A DNA stretch of 61,810 bases from an uncultured virus (IMG/VR IMGVR_UViG_3300007734_000756) (lineage: Duplodnaviria; Heunggongvirae; Uroviricota; Caudoviricetes), in IMG/VR virus record IMGVR_UViG_3300007734_000756; one strand, written 5' to 3'. Under the pieces are notes generated by a model. That model was not told where the DNA came from, did not search any database, and saw only the letters and a program-made list of their open reading frames with translations. The position numbers and the translations under genes are program-made. Below are positions 1 through 9,007 of this stretch, one piece after another (the first letter of the stretch is position 1; the number at the start of each line of letters is the position of its first letter).

Positions 1-970
1 TCACCACCCCAGTAGAGTCCGCCAGCGTCATCGAAGCCGTACCATCCTTGGCTTTGATGTTCGTTACTTCTATAGTGGTGAGATCAAGAGCAGCATTAGA
101 AATCTGCACCTGACCATTGCCGTTGGGGGCTATGACGATGTTCCCATCCACCCCGTCCTGAATCGTAATGCTGCCGGAGTTGGTGCCTGCGTTCGTGTTA
201 AGAATCAGGTCAGCAGTGCCATTGCTCGTGATCGTGACGTTGATGTTGGAGTCGCCAACACGAACGGTGTCTGCGTCAAGCTGAACGTCACCCGTCCCAT
301 TGGGGGCAAGAACGATGTTGCCGTTGGTATCCGTAGAGGAGAGGGTGTTGGCGTCCAGCCGGAGGTTGTCTACGTTAAGAAGCGTAGAAACGGTGATTGC
401 GCCCGTGCTGTCAGCAATCGTAGCGGCAGCAGTGCCGTCTTTTGCCTTGATGTTAGTGACTTCAAGATTAGTAGTGTCAACGGTAACAAACTCCCCCGTC
501 CCACTCTGCGTAGCGATCTTTACGAAGTCAGTACCATTCCAAGCAATCAGCGCCCGTTCGCCAGCCGTAATCGTTACACCAGTCGAGGTACCGCTGCTGG
601 TCGTCGCCTGAACAACAACAGATTGATTTGTAGAAGTGCTATTGAAGATCAGGTAAGTCTTACTGAACTGCGAGTTAGTAAGAGACGAATAACTAACCGT
701 GATTGTCAGGGTGCTCGCTGGGTTCCCCGTGCAACGAATCAGGGCGTATTGAGCAGAACCGGTAGAGCCACTCCCAGCCGCGACAAGAGCCGTTCCTGTA
801 GTTTTAGACAGCGTGACCGCAGTCTGACTGCCGCTAATGACCTGTGCGTTGGCAATCGCGTCATCAAGATACTTGGTGATGTAGTCGTTTACCGTATCGC
901 CCCAAGTACCGGAAAGTTCTCCAGTGACGGGAAGAGCCAGACCAAGAAGATTTGAATATGCAGTGGTCAT
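1..970 (-). CDS. Tail fibre / baseplate-proximal fibre protein, runs off the left edge
   Basis: ATG at 970 with GAGG upstream. My translation: MTTAYSNLLGLALPVTGELSGTWGDTVN..., Thr/Gly/Asn-rich with internal repeats (EVTNIKAKDGTA x2, GNIV(L/I)APNG x2). Not in the ORF track because it has no stop in the window. Confidence 0.75.
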   Translation of the reverse strand, partial: MTTAYSNLLGLALPVTGELSGTWGDTVNDYITKYLDDAIANAQVISGSQTAVTLSKTTGTALVAAGSGSTGSAQYALIRCTGNPASTLTITVSYSSLTNSQFSKTYLIFNSTSTNQSVVVQATTSSGTSTGVTITAGERALIAWNGTDFVKIATQSGTGEFVTVDTTNLEVTNIKAKDGTAAATIADSTGAITVSTLLNVDNLRLDANTLSSTDTNGNIVLAPNGTGDVQLDADTVRVGDSNINVTITSNGTADLILNTNAGTNSGSITIQDGVDGNIVIAPNGNGQVQISNAALDLTTIEVTNIKAKDGTASMTLADSTGVV

Positions 971-977
971 TTGAGCC

Positions 978-1946
978 TCATGCTGCTATTTGATTCCAGT
1001 TGGCGGTCTGTGAGTCGTTTACTGCTACATAAGAAGCGGTTTGTGAGTCATTGACGTTTATCCATGTTGCCACCTGACCCGTTCCCACACTACTCCACCC
1101 CGCGCTTTGCGCGTCACTCACATTCTGCCAGTTTGCGTTCTGGTCGTCATTAATTTGACCCCAGACATTTACTTGCCCGATAACTCCAATTGCCTGAACG
1201 CCTGATGGAGTTGCCGTCGCCCCGCCTGTAACAGTTACTGTACCTACAAAACCAGTCGCCGATACACCAGAAACAAGAACAATGATTGAATTAAGAACTG
1301 TAACCGTGCCAATTTGCCCGGTGGCTTGTACTCCAGTAACTGGGACAACCGCTGTACCGGTTATCGACGCCTGACCTATAACTCCCGTAGCAGAAACGCC
1401 AGAAGGAAGTACGGTCGCTCCACCAGTAACCGTAACAGTGCCAAGCTCCCCTGTTGCGGAAACTCCGGTTACTTGTACAAGAGAGCCTGCGGAGACTGTA
1501 ACGGTGCCGATCTGACCAGTGGCAACGTTGCCACTTACAATTACAACGGCAGTACCAGAAACAGTGACGGTGCCTATTGCACCGGTGGCTGATACCCCCG
1601 TTACGGCAACTACCGCCCCTGCATCAACAGTGACGGTACCAATCTCGCCGGTCGCTTGTACGCCGGTTACCGCAACATTCGCATCAGCCGTGACTACAAC
1701 TGTGCCAACTTCCCCAGTTGCCTGTACGCCTGAGACTACAACAATCGCTTCTGCTACTACAGTAACGGTGCCTATGAACCCCGTGGCCTGAACGCCTGTT
1801 ACCGGGACATCCGCATCAGCCGTTACTACAACCGAGCCTAAAAAGGTTTGAGCCGTGACTGCCGATTTGCCGACGCCCCAGCCCTGCTGCCCCCAGCCAA
1901 CGCCAGAGGCAGACCAACCTTCAAACGCTACGATTGCATCTGACAC
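978..1946 (-). CDS. Virion structural protein with ~21-aa V/T/G repeats
   Basis: About 11 repeats of VTGVxATGxIGTVTV; Trp-rich termini; located in the structural operon. Confidence 0.7.
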   Translation of the reverse strand: MSDAIVAFEGWSASGVGWGQQGWGVGKSAVTAQTFLGSVVVTADADVPVTGVQATGFIGTVTVVAEAIVVVSGVQATGEVGTVVVTADANVAVTGVQATGEIGTVTVDAGAVVAVTGVSATGAIGTVTVSGTAVVIVSGNVATGQIGTVTVSAGSLVQVTGVSATGELGTVTVTGGATVLPSGVSATGVIGQASITGTAVVPVTGVQATGQIGTVTVLNSIIVLVSGVSATGFVGTVTVTGGATATPSGVQAIGVIGQVNVWGQINDDQNANWQNVSDAQSAGWSSVGTGQVATWINVNDSQTASYVAVNDSQTANWNQIAA

Positions 1947-1948
1947 AC

Positions 1949-2368
1949 TTATGCAATCCTAATGATCGCAGACGAAGCATCGTTAGTCGGGAACTGAACG
2001 GTAAAGTTGCCGTTCGTAGAAGTCTTGTCCCCGCCAAAATCCAACACTGCAATCGCTTTGTTTGATTTACTTGAGTTGTAAATCAACGCCCCACGCGCCG
2101 TGATTGTGGCGTTAGACCAAGTAGTATCAGAGAAATCAACGAATGCCGTTGTACCCGATAGACTTACGGTTGCACCGGCCAAGGTATTACCGCCCGCCAC
2201 ATACCCAGTGCCCACCACTTCATCGGACGTGGTGTATACCGTCGTACTTGCCCCCAAAGTAGCAGCACTGGTATACAGCGCAATCTTGATTGTGTCCGTG
2301 TCCATGTCATGTTCACCCAGCAGAATCTGCTGTTTGAACGAAGAACACATTGCCTGAGAAATAGCCAT
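1949..2368 (-). CDS. Conserved virion structural protein
   Basis: 139 aa, beta-rich (IKIALYT...TARGALIYN...VLDFGGDK); GAGG RBS; operon context. Confidence 0.65.
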   Translation of the reverse strand: MAISQAMCSSFKQQILLGEHDMDTDTIKIALYTSAATLGASTTVYTTSDEVVGTGYVAGGNTLAGATVSLSGTTAFVDFSDTTWSNATITARGALIYNSSKSNKAIAVLDFGGDKTSTNGNFTVQFPTNDASSAIIRIA

Positions 2369-2371
2369 TTA

Positions 2372-3019
2372 TCACCTCACTGGTACACGAACCTGACCAG
2401 AACGATAAGTGTCCTGGCGCAGCTTACCATCACCAAGTTGTTTCAGAAGAGCGACTGACTGTGTGTACAACGCAGTGTACATCTCAACTACGTCTTGTTC
2501 ACCCTTCTGGAATCGAATAGCTTCAACTAGTGCGCCGTTTAGAAGAGCCGAATCAAACTCATCACCAAGCCACGTCGTACCCGCGGTCACAATAGATTCA
2601 GGGTAGTAGCCGTAATGAAGCTCTGTGCTGTAAGCCAAGTTGGGTGTTGGCCCCAGGATAAACGCCGAATCATCAAAGATTGCGTAATGCTTAGGACGCC
2701 CACGCTCTGACGTATTGGCACTTTGGCCAGAAAACGGATACGCCTCGCGAATAAAGTTAACGTCTTTATCAAGCAGGTAGTAATACCGATTGTCCGTATC
2801 AATTACGGCTAGAGAATATACATACAGAAAATCAGAAGGAATCTGCAAATACGGATTGCCGATGCTCATAGCCCCAGTTACGTTTTTCCGTAGCGCCGGA
2901 ATCTGAACAGAGTTGTAGATCTTCTGTTCAGCCTGCTCGGTAAACATATCTAGGATGGCATCAGTGAACTCCGCTTCACAGATGTCCTTGATATTCTGTT
3001 TAAGCTCTGTGTAATTCAT
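2372..3019 (-). CDS. Head-tail adaptor / tail tubular protein A-like
   Basis: 215 aa MNYTELK...GRPKHYA...LGPTP...LLNGALVEA pattern typical of podovirus adaptors. Confidence 0.6.
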   Translation of the reverse strand: MNYTELKQNIKDICEAEFTDAILDMFTEQAEQKIYNSVQIPALRKNVTGAMSIGNPYLQIPSDFLYVYSLAVIDTDNRYYYLLDKDVNFIREAYPFSGQSANTSERGRPKHYAIFDDSAFILGPTPNLAYSTELHYGYYPESIVTAGTTWLGDEFDSALLNGALVEAIRFQKGEQDVVEMYTALYTQSVALLKQLGDGKLRQDTYRSGQVRVPVR

Positions 3020-3168
3020 GCCATCGGGCCGCGAGCCATAACACCTTTAGTTGCCGCGCCAGTACCACGAATCTTGATGCCCGTGGTTTTAACATTCTTC
3101 TCAGGGTAACCGCTGTTCTTCAGGTCTACCTTGGGAGCCGGCTTGGGCTGATTAGAATCCTTTTTCAT
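3016..3168 (-). CDS. Small basic protein (50 aa)
   Basis: MKKDSNQPKP...GIKIRGTGAATKGVMARGPMA; ATGA overlaps with both neighbours; below the ORF-track cutoff. Confidence 0.7.
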   Translation of the reverse strand: MKKDSNQPKPAPKVDLKNSGYPEKNVKTTGIKIRGTGAATKGVMARGPMA

Positions 3169-3344
3169 TTTGCACCCGACTTACGATAGGTGAAAGACGA
3201 TTTCTTCTGATTGGCAACCTTGGCTAGATTCCTGCCAAGCTCACGCATCTGCAAATTGGTTTTACCGCCTTTGGCAAACTTTGTCAGCGGCTTGCCAGGG
3301 TGCATAGCTTTTTCATGCTTATGCACTGCTTTCTTTGCGTCCAT
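3165..3344 (-). CDS. Small basic protein (59 aa)
   Basis: MDAKKAVHKHEKAMHPGKPLTKFAKGGKTN...; AGGAG RBS; stop overlaps the next start. Confidence 0.7.
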   Translation of the reverse strand: MDAKKAVHKHEKAMHPGKPLTKFAKGGKTNLQMRELGRNLAKVANQKKSSFTYRKSGAK

Positions 3345-3352
3345 AATGACTC

Positions 3353-3739
3353 CTAAGTCGTTACCGTTACTGTACCAACTTGGCCCACTGCAACCAAGTC
3401 ATTTGGCGTAAGCGGCGCATCAAATCCACTTGAACCACCTACTGGATTCCAGCCCCACTGAATCTGCCTACTACCTAAACCCAAATTACCGTCAGCCAAA
3501 GTTCCAGACGTAACGTACGTTGTATCTCGTCTTGGATTCCTCAGCGCCTGGGGATCATCAACTGGGTACATTCCAAGCTGAAGTTGAGGGTGATCCGGAT
3601 CCCAACATTCGTGACAGACCAACAAGTTAACTTGTTTGGTCTTGATGATCAGCTTCTGTAGATCTCGCAGACGATATCGAAATCCACACCGATCACACAT
3701 TGCAATGGCAATTTTGCCACTGGCAAATCTGTTACCCAT
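3353..3739 (-). CDS. Conserved Zn-ribbon phage protein
   Basis: CDRC and CHEC pairs followed by DPDHPQL. Confidence 0.7.
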   Translation of the reverse strand: MGNRFASGKIAIAMCDRCGFRYRLRDLQKLIIKTKQVNLLVCHECWDPDHPQLQLGMYPVDDPQALRNPRRDTTYVTSGTLADGNLGLGSRQIQWGWNPVGGSSGFDAPLTPNDLVAVGQVGTVTVTT

Positions 3740-4677
3740 TACGCACCACTGCTGCCAAGATAGTACCGACGAGGTACAAAACGTACCGCGGCCTTCTCTC
3801 GATCTTCCCCTGCAGCCAAATTAAATTGCTCGTCGTATTGAGCTTTTAACATCTCAACGCGACTAGATAGTTCAGGAACTTTGGTCGCAATTCGATACGC
3901 CAATCCTGATGTCAACGCCGGCAAGAACCTAAAGTTCATATCGCCAGTCTGAACTCCTGATCCAGCATCTTGGATTCTGCGTAGTCGCCAATAAACAAAC
4001 TGATACGTCTGTGTGTTATCTGGCACTAACCAAACCGTTACAGACGGAAGGTTTGGGTTTGATACCGGCGACTGATCTGCATGTGATGCTGCTACTGTGT
4101 TGTTTTGCCCACGCGCCACGCCCATCAGTGTGTTGCCACTAATGTATTGATAAAAAATATCTTCTGACCCAATCCTAATAAAACCATAGCCTGGGAGGCC
4201 CACTACGGTATTTAACGGAATAGAAGTGACACTAGAGTTAATGCCACCCACAATATCAACTACAGATGACGTAGGAGATACCGCACCTGACAATCTGTTT
4301 ACCAAAACCTGAATAGGCCGTCCTTGCGCTAGCTTATTAGGAATTGTGGCGTACGTTGAAACACTAATCCGCGTGATATTTAAATCAGCCTGGGTAGATG
4401 CCGTGTTTTGACCAGTACGGATGACGTGTTCAAGCAAGTCAATGGTGTCAGTGGGCAATGCATATGTACTCAAACCTGCGGTCAACGTAATGATCCCAGG
4501 CTCAATTGTCCACATGTTAATGCCGCGATTTTGCCATTCAATCGTCAGCAAATTCATTGAGCGTCGCGCAGTCTTTAAGTCATAACCTGACCGCATTTCG
4601 CGACCGGCAATCTCCCAGGCTTCTTCCGCAATTTCTGTGAAGTCTAGGTCAAACGCGGTTGTGCCAGAAGTGGTCAT
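3739..4677 (-). CDS. Head-tail connector/adaptor-like protein
   Basis: MTTSGT...EEAWE...ARRSMNLL..EWQNRG; C-terminal RFLPALTSGLAY...EDRE. Confidence 0.6.
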   Translation of the reverse strand: MTTSGTTAFDLDFTEIAEEAWEIAGREMRSGYDLKTARRSMNLLTIEWQNRGINMWTIEPGIITLTAGLSTYALPTDTIDLLEHVIRTGQNTASTQADLNITRISVSTYATIPNKLAQGRPIQVLVNRLSGAVSPTSSVVDIVGGINSSVTSIPLNTVVGLPGYGFIRIGSEDIFYQYISGNTLMGVARGQNNTVAASHADQSPVSNPNLPSVTVWLVPDNTQTYQFVYWRLRRIQDAGSGVQTGDMNFRFLPALTSGLAYRIATKVPELSSRVEMLKAQYDEQFNLAAGEDREKAAVRFVPRRYYLGSSGA

Positions 4678-4913
4678 CTGAATCCTGCCGTTTTCTTAGC
4701 TATGCCTTTTGGCTGCGGCACAAACTGTTTGCCTTTGGCTTTACCTGCTCGTTTTGCTCGCGTCGTTGCTGCATACTCTGCAGGGGACAAAGATTTAATC
4801 GCTGCTTCAGGCAAATATCGCTCACCCGTCTTAGATGACGGTTTACCGGATTTAGTTGTCCAACGTTGTTGGGTCCAATCCTTAAGCGATTGTTGAGGCG
4901 CTTTAATCGCCAT
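4674..4913 (-). CDS. Small basic protein, DUF5872-like
   Basis: Likely start at ATG 4913: MAIKAPQQSLKDWTQQRWTTKSG...ERYLP; family assignment from recall. Confidence 0.65.
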   Translation of the reverse strand: MAIKAPQQSLKDWTQQRWTTKSGKPSSKTGERYLPEAAIKSLSPAEYAATTRAKRAGKAKGKQFVPQPKGIAKKTAGFR

Positions 4914-5427
4914 TACCGTAACTCCCGAATGCCTCAAGGTATTCTATGGCGTTGCGCAAGACTGCAGGGCTATCCTTAAACATTCCAAGCGCACGATTAC
5001 ATTGTTTGCACAAGACCCCACGAAACTCCCCTGTCTCATGGTTATGATCAATTGCGCTGTCCATAAGTGCAACCTCATTTTGGCAAATAGCGCAGCACTC
5101 TTCTTGGCGTTCGTAGCGATCAATCAACTGTTCTGGCGTGATGCCCCGACGAGCACAGCGTTTTGCAAGAGTCCAACTGTCTTTATTGCGGTACTCTCTT
5201 ACACGCTCCGGGTTTTTGACCGTCCAACTCCGGTGTGCTTCATATAAACATTTGTTGCAAGTGCTCCGCAAAAGATGTGCATTGGCCCCGCCGCGACTTC
5301 TAAACAACTTAACTGGCTGCATCGTACAGCACTTCGTGCATAACTTTGAATTCCCGTTAGCAAGCAACTGCGTTTCGCGTTTTTTGGCTTCAGCAGCGCG
5401 ACGTTTTTCGTTGGTTGCGTATGGCAT
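4903..5427 (-). CDS. Endonuclease VII-family (His-Me) free-standing homing endonuclease
   Basis: CAIC...IDHNHETGEFRGVLCKQCNRALG signature plus N-terminal Cys pairs. Confidence 0.85.
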   Translation of the reverse strand: MPYATNEKRRAAEAKKRETQLLANGNSKLCTKCCTMQPVKLFRSRGGANAHLLRSTCNKCLYEAHRSWTVKNPERVREYRNKDSWTLAKRCARRGITPEQLIDRYERQEECCAICQNEVALMDSAIDHNHETGEFRGVLCKQCNRALGMFKDSPAVLRNAIEYLEAFGSYGNGD

Positions 5428-5429
5428 CT

Positions 5430-5714
5430 TTAGTCTCGATAACCGCCGCCACGAGCTTTATATTGTTTTGCCAATAATTGACTTTTACGCCCGCTCCACT
5501 GACCCGCCGCTGTTCCTTGCGTTGCCTGCCCTTTGATACGGTTAAACAAAGCTTTACGCATGCCCGGCTTTGTGTAATTGCCAGCTTCATTAACACGACT
5601 GACTTTGCCGCCCTCTGCGTACTCGTAGAAGGCGGTGTCATCTCGACGTTGTTTACGCTTTGGCCCAGGCATTTTGTTAGGGCTAATAGCGCCCATACCG
5701 CGTGAAGACATCAT
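5430..5714 (-). CDS. Small basic protein, DUF5872-like
   Basis: NYTKPGMRK...GQWSGRKSQLLAKQYKARGGGY. Confidence 0.65.
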   Translation of the reverse strand: MMSSRGMGAISPNKMPGPKRKQRRDDTAFYEYAEGGKVSRVNEAGNYTKPGMRKALFNRIKGQATQGTAAGQWSGRKSQLLAKQYKARGGGYRD

Positions 5715-5723
5715 CGCAGTCTC

Positions 5724-6041
5724 CTAGATCATACGACCTCGAGTTTTGCCGCGTTGAGCACAACCATCGGCACGTTTTGATGCTGAGCCTACAGATCCGC
5801 CAGATGCATACCCACGTTTCATAGACTGACGCTTTGACTCTTCATAAGCCTTATCCATCTCACGCTGCTTACGATCTTCCTCAACCTGCTGTTTCATACG
5901 AGCAGCTTGGGCAGGACTAGGCGTCATTTCTGCTGGATTCAAAGGCGGGTTTCGTACTTCCGGGCCTGCTTCAGGGCCACGTTGAAATTCATCTGGCAAA
6001 ACCGGAAGAGGAGGAACGCTCATCGATTGACGTTTTTTCAT
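5724..6041 (-). CDS. Small virion-associated protein
   Basis: C-terminal YASGGSV...RADGCAQRGKTRG, paralogous to the C-terminus of 6043-6531. Confidence 0.7.
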   Translation of the reverse strand: MKKRQSMSVPPLPVLPDEFQRGPEAGPEVRNPPLNPAEMTPSPAQAARMKQQVEEDRKQREMDKAYEESKRQSMKRGYASGGSVGSASKRADGCAQRGKTRGRMI

Positions 6042-6042
6042 G

Positions 6043-6531
6043 TCAGCACTTCCCGCCGCCCATCATGCGTACTTGTGTACCTTTAGTCTTACCTTTCTTG
6101 GCAATACCATCAGCAGCACGAGTGTAACCACCAGACGAATACGCCATACCGCCGCCCATCATCTTCTTAGCCATGCCGCCATGCTTCATCTTGCCCACAC
6201 CATCAGCCGCAAATGCTGGAACTTTTTTGCCATCTTTCTCAACCATCGGCATACCGCCGCTAGCGTAACCGCCACGCTTCATACCTTTGGCCTCGGCCAT
6301 CTCATGTTTGATCATGGACTTTGGAGCGCCTTTTTTCTTCATAAAGGCAATCTCTTTACCAACCATGGCTTTAGATTCTTTCATGTCACCACCTTCTTTA
6401 AACTTACGGCCTTTGTCGGCCTGCATGAACTCACGTCCAACGGACGCAGGAACACCCACGCGCTTGGCGAAGGCGGGATTGTTTGCCACAGCAGCCATGA
6501 AATTGTGCTGCTTTGACGTTTTACTCGGCAT
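6043..6531 (-). CDS. Lys/Met/Gly-rich basic protein
   Basis: Multiple xxGG repeats; RAADGIAKKGKTKG tail. Confidence 0.7.
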   Translation of the reverse strand: MPSKTSKQHNFMAAVANNPAFAKRVGVPASVGREFMQADKGRKFKEGGDMKESKAMVGKEIAFMKKKGAPKSMIKHEMAEAKGMKRGGYASGGMPMVEKDGKKVPAFAADGVGKMKHGGMAKKMMGGGMAYSSGGYTRAADGIAKKGKTKGTQVRMMGGGKC

Positions 6532-6712
6532 CGTCTTTCTTCCGTTTTAAGATTCTCTGAACAGTATTGGTTTCCCAAATACGAATACCAGTCCAAACAA
6601 TCGTAAATACGGCGGCTATTGAGGGAAGCATATCTACTAGTGTCCCAATGACTGTCACCACTGACAAAGCATCGAGAATCATCTTCCCTGTTTCGTGCGT
6701 CGTCTCAGTCAT
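6521..6712 (-). CDS. Small membrane protein (holin-like)
   Basis: 63 aa with hydrophobic segment(s) and a basic/charged C-terminus. Confidence 0.55.
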   Translation of the reverse strand: MTETTHETGKMILDALSVVTVIGTLVDMLPSIAAVFTIVWTGIRIWETNTVQRILKRKKDDAE

Positions 6713-6713
6713 T

Positions 6714-6968
6714 TCAACAATTCCATGCTCTCAAGGATTTGTTAATCCGGCTGTTGGGATCTTTCGCTGTCTTGGCTGAAGTCAGTTTCTTCTTCATCCC
6801 TGTCATCCTGGCACAGAATGACTTCTTCCTTGATCCGCCCTCCGGCTGTGGCGGTTTCAACCCCGGTTTGCCAGGATTGGCTGCATTGTAAGAAGCGCGT
6901 CCTTTGGCATTCAAACCACCACTTGGATTTTTGCCTTCTTTGCGTTGCCATGCCGGGGTCTTTGCCAT
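6714..6968 (-). CDS. Basic protein, DUF6321-like
   Basis: MAKTPAWQRKEGKNPSGGLN...RKKSFCARM...SLRAWNC; start at ATG 6968. Confidence 0.65.
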   Translation of the reverse strand: MAKTPAWQRKEGKNPSGGLNAKGRASYNAANPGKPGLKPPQPEGGSRKKSFCARMTGMKKKLTSAKTAKDPNSRINKSLRAWNC

Positions 6969-6970
6969 GA

Positions 6971-7567
6971 TTACCCGCAAATGATAGTTGCAAACGTCAC
7001 GTTGGTTAGCGTCACCACCGTGAAATCCTGCGGGCTACTACGCGTGGTCAAAATGCCTTCTGCTGCCATGTACAAACTATTGACCGCAATAGCAGACGCA
7101 GGAGTGTTTACCTGAAGGATTAGCTGCGAAGACAGCCCGTTTACGTTAAACGAAATCGATCCCGCTGATGCCGTGCCAACGTAATACAAGCCTTTAATCC
7201 GGGTGCGTGGTAGCGCAAGACTGCCTGTGGTGCCAATCTTTACATTACCCGCCGAGGCTCCACTAGCGGTGATGGAGTCAACGCGGGCGTAATAATTGGA
7301 CGACGTGGCCGTTGTTGCATTAGCGCCAGTCACTACTTCACTAACTACCGTATTGGTCAAATCGCCAACACGCAGACCGCGAATTGTGAATGTGATGCCC
7401 GAATCATTGCCAGCCGAAGTAATGACTACTTTGTAACCATACCCGTTGGGGCCTACGGTGTTTGCTAGGAGCGACAAGGCTCCAGCCCCCGCAATAGACG
7501 CATTTGCCCGATATAGGGCATCGTCTGTTGCAGGGGTGACTGCCCATACGTCATATTGCATGACCAA
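6971..7567 (-). CDS. Virion structural protein (head decoration/fibre-like)
   Basis: 198 aa Ala/Ser/Thr-rich beta protein; AGGAG RBS. Confidence 0.6.
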   Translation of the reverse strand: MVMQYDVWAVTPATDDALYRANASIAGAGALSLLANTVGPNGYGYKVVITSAGNDSGITFTIRGLRVGDLTNTVVSEVVTGANATTATSSNYYARVDSITASGASAGNVKIGTTGSLALPRTRIKGLYYVGTASAGSISFNVNGLSSQLILQVNTPASAIAVNSLYMAAEGILTTRSSPQDFTVVTLTNVTFATIICG

Positions 7568-7573
7568 CTCCTA

Positions 7574-7939
7574 TCAGGCCGCTGTGGTTACGTTAGTCCA
7601 CGTAGTCGAGCCAGTTGTGTTGACGTACAGCCGAGTGCTGGTGCTGGAACCATCCGTGCGGAGATACAGCGAGCCTTGTGCGGCAGAGATCGTGGGTGCG
7701 CCAGAGCCAACGTAGATTCCAAGACCCGCCGTGGAACTCATAAGAAACGCAGCCATTCCGCCAGCCGTGGGCGCAGTGCCGCTGTCAGCCGTGATGTTGC
7801 CGGTAGCGCTTACCGTCGTAACACTGGTCGCAGGACCAAGAGTAGCAGTTGTGGTAACAGCGCCAGTGGTCGAGTTAACAGAAATGGTTTCAAACCCATT
7901 CTGTGACCGTACTGGGCCGGAGAAACTGGTGTTAGCCAT
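7574..7939 (-). CDS. Head decoration-like protein
   Basis: MANTSFSGPVRSQNGF start; GSGAPT..A..GSLYLRTDG motif; first gene after the capsid terminator. Confidence 0.6.
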   Translation of the reverse strand: MANTSFSGPVRSQNGFETISVNSTTGAVTTTATLGPATSVTTVSATGNITADSGTAPTAGGMAAFLMSSTAGLGIYVGSGAPTISAAQGSLYLRTDGSSTSTRLYVNTTGSTTWTNVTTAA

Positions 7940-7944
7940 GATGC

Positions 7945-8020
7945 CTCACATGCGAGTAGCGCGTATTAGTCTGCATGTCGTCAGCCGGGACTGTCTAATA
8001 CGCGGGATGACCCCGGAATA
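7945..8020 (-). ncRNA. Structured RNA downstream of the gpT-like capsid gene, probable Mu-gpT-DE motif
   Basis: Three interleaved pairings on the minus strand: CCGGG/CCCGG, CGCGUAUUAG/CUAAUACGCG, ACAUGC/GCAUGU. Position matches the described Mu-gpT downstream element; family identity is from recall and unverified. Confidence 0.6.
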
Positions 8021-8040
8021 ACTCTTTGTACCATACTCAT

Positions 8041-8070
8041 AAACAAAAGAAAAGGGGCCGAAGCCCCTTT
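8041..8070 (-). terminator. Rho-independent terminator of the major capsid gene
   Basis: AAAGGGGC-UUCG-GCCCCUUU followed by UCUUUUGUUU on the minus strand. Confidence 0.9.
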
Positions 8071-8083
8071 CCTAATCTACTGC

Positions 8084-8995
8084 TTAGCTTGCGCCTGGAG
8101 ATCCATAAACACCCAACGGATCTGACGCGCCGAACGAGTAACGCTCGCGACTCTTGTAACGAGCATTACCAGTATCGAAGTCAGCATCCATCGAGTTCTG
8201 GATAGGCGTACGGACAAAGTGCTTCAGTCCGTTAGGCACGTCCGTGATCAAGAACCAAGCATTCGTATCAGTCAGATAGTGATTGACACGATAGCCTTCC
8301 GGAATGGAACCGTTGTTCTTGAGCGCGTTGATGTCGTTATCAGCCGTTGCCGTACGGAGTTCCGTCTCAAGCAGTCGGGTTGCAACGAACATAAGCGCCG
8401 GGGGAACAATCAGTTTCCGGGGCTTGGCGGCGATCAGCAGACCACGCTCATCGGTCCAGCCAGCGATCTGAATGACAGCAGCCTCAAGCGAGGTTTCATT
8501 CAGGTCTGCGCCAGTTGACGGGCGATTGCTGTTGGTACCACCAGACACAAGCGGATGCGCCGTCGAGAACAGGGGCTGGCCGTCACCGTACGTGACCGCA
8601 CCGTTAAACCCGTTGTTCAGAATTGACGCACCTTTAACCTGCTTGGTGTACGCCATGGCACGAGCGAGGGCCTTGGTATACCGCGAAGACAGACTGTCAT
8701 ACAGGTTGTCTTCCATCGCCTCTTCAGTGATGGAGAAACCCATTGCAATTGTTTCGTGGTTGTACCGCGCCGTCCATGCTTCTTGCGCATTGTCATACGC
8801 AATTGCAGAACCCTCGTTTTTGACGGGGGCGGCAGAGAAGCCAGACAGCTTGGTTTCCTCTTCAAACGAACGCTCGGAAGTCTCGGTTTCGTAGATTTCC
8901 TTGTGTTCTTCACCGTACCGTTTGTACTCCAGACCGAACAGTGCATTAAGCCCTGGCAGGAGTTCTTTCAGTAGTTGTGCGCGTGAAATAGCCAT
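8084..8995 (-). CDS. Major capsid protein (Mu gpT-like, HK97 fold)
   Basis: MAISRAQLLKELLPGLNALFG...; LIVPPAL, NHYLTDTNAWF, RERYSFG motifs; strong AAGGAG RBS and a terminator. Confidence 0.9.
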   Translation of the reverse strand: MAISRAQLLKELLPGLNALFGLEYKRYGEEHKEIYETETSERSFEEETKLSGFSAAPVKNEGSAIAYDNAQEAWTARYNHETIAMGFSITEEAMEDNLYDSLSSRYTKALARAMAYTKQVKGASILNNGFNGAVTYGDGQPLFSTAHPLVSGGTNSNRPSTGADLNETSLEAAVIQIAGWTDERGLLIAAKPRKLIVPPALMFVATRLLETELRTATADNDINALKNNGSIPEGYRVNHYLTDTNAWFLITDVPNGLKHFVRTPIQNSMDADFDTGNARYKSRERYSFGASDPLGVYGSPGAS

Positions 8996-9007
8996 TTGTT
9001 AACTCCT

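Noticed and set aside
7950..7990. CUGACGA followed by a stem on the minus strand, resembling a hammerhead core or a fluoride riboswitch 3' end
   Set aside because: No GAAA after the stem and no GGnGAUGG 5' element
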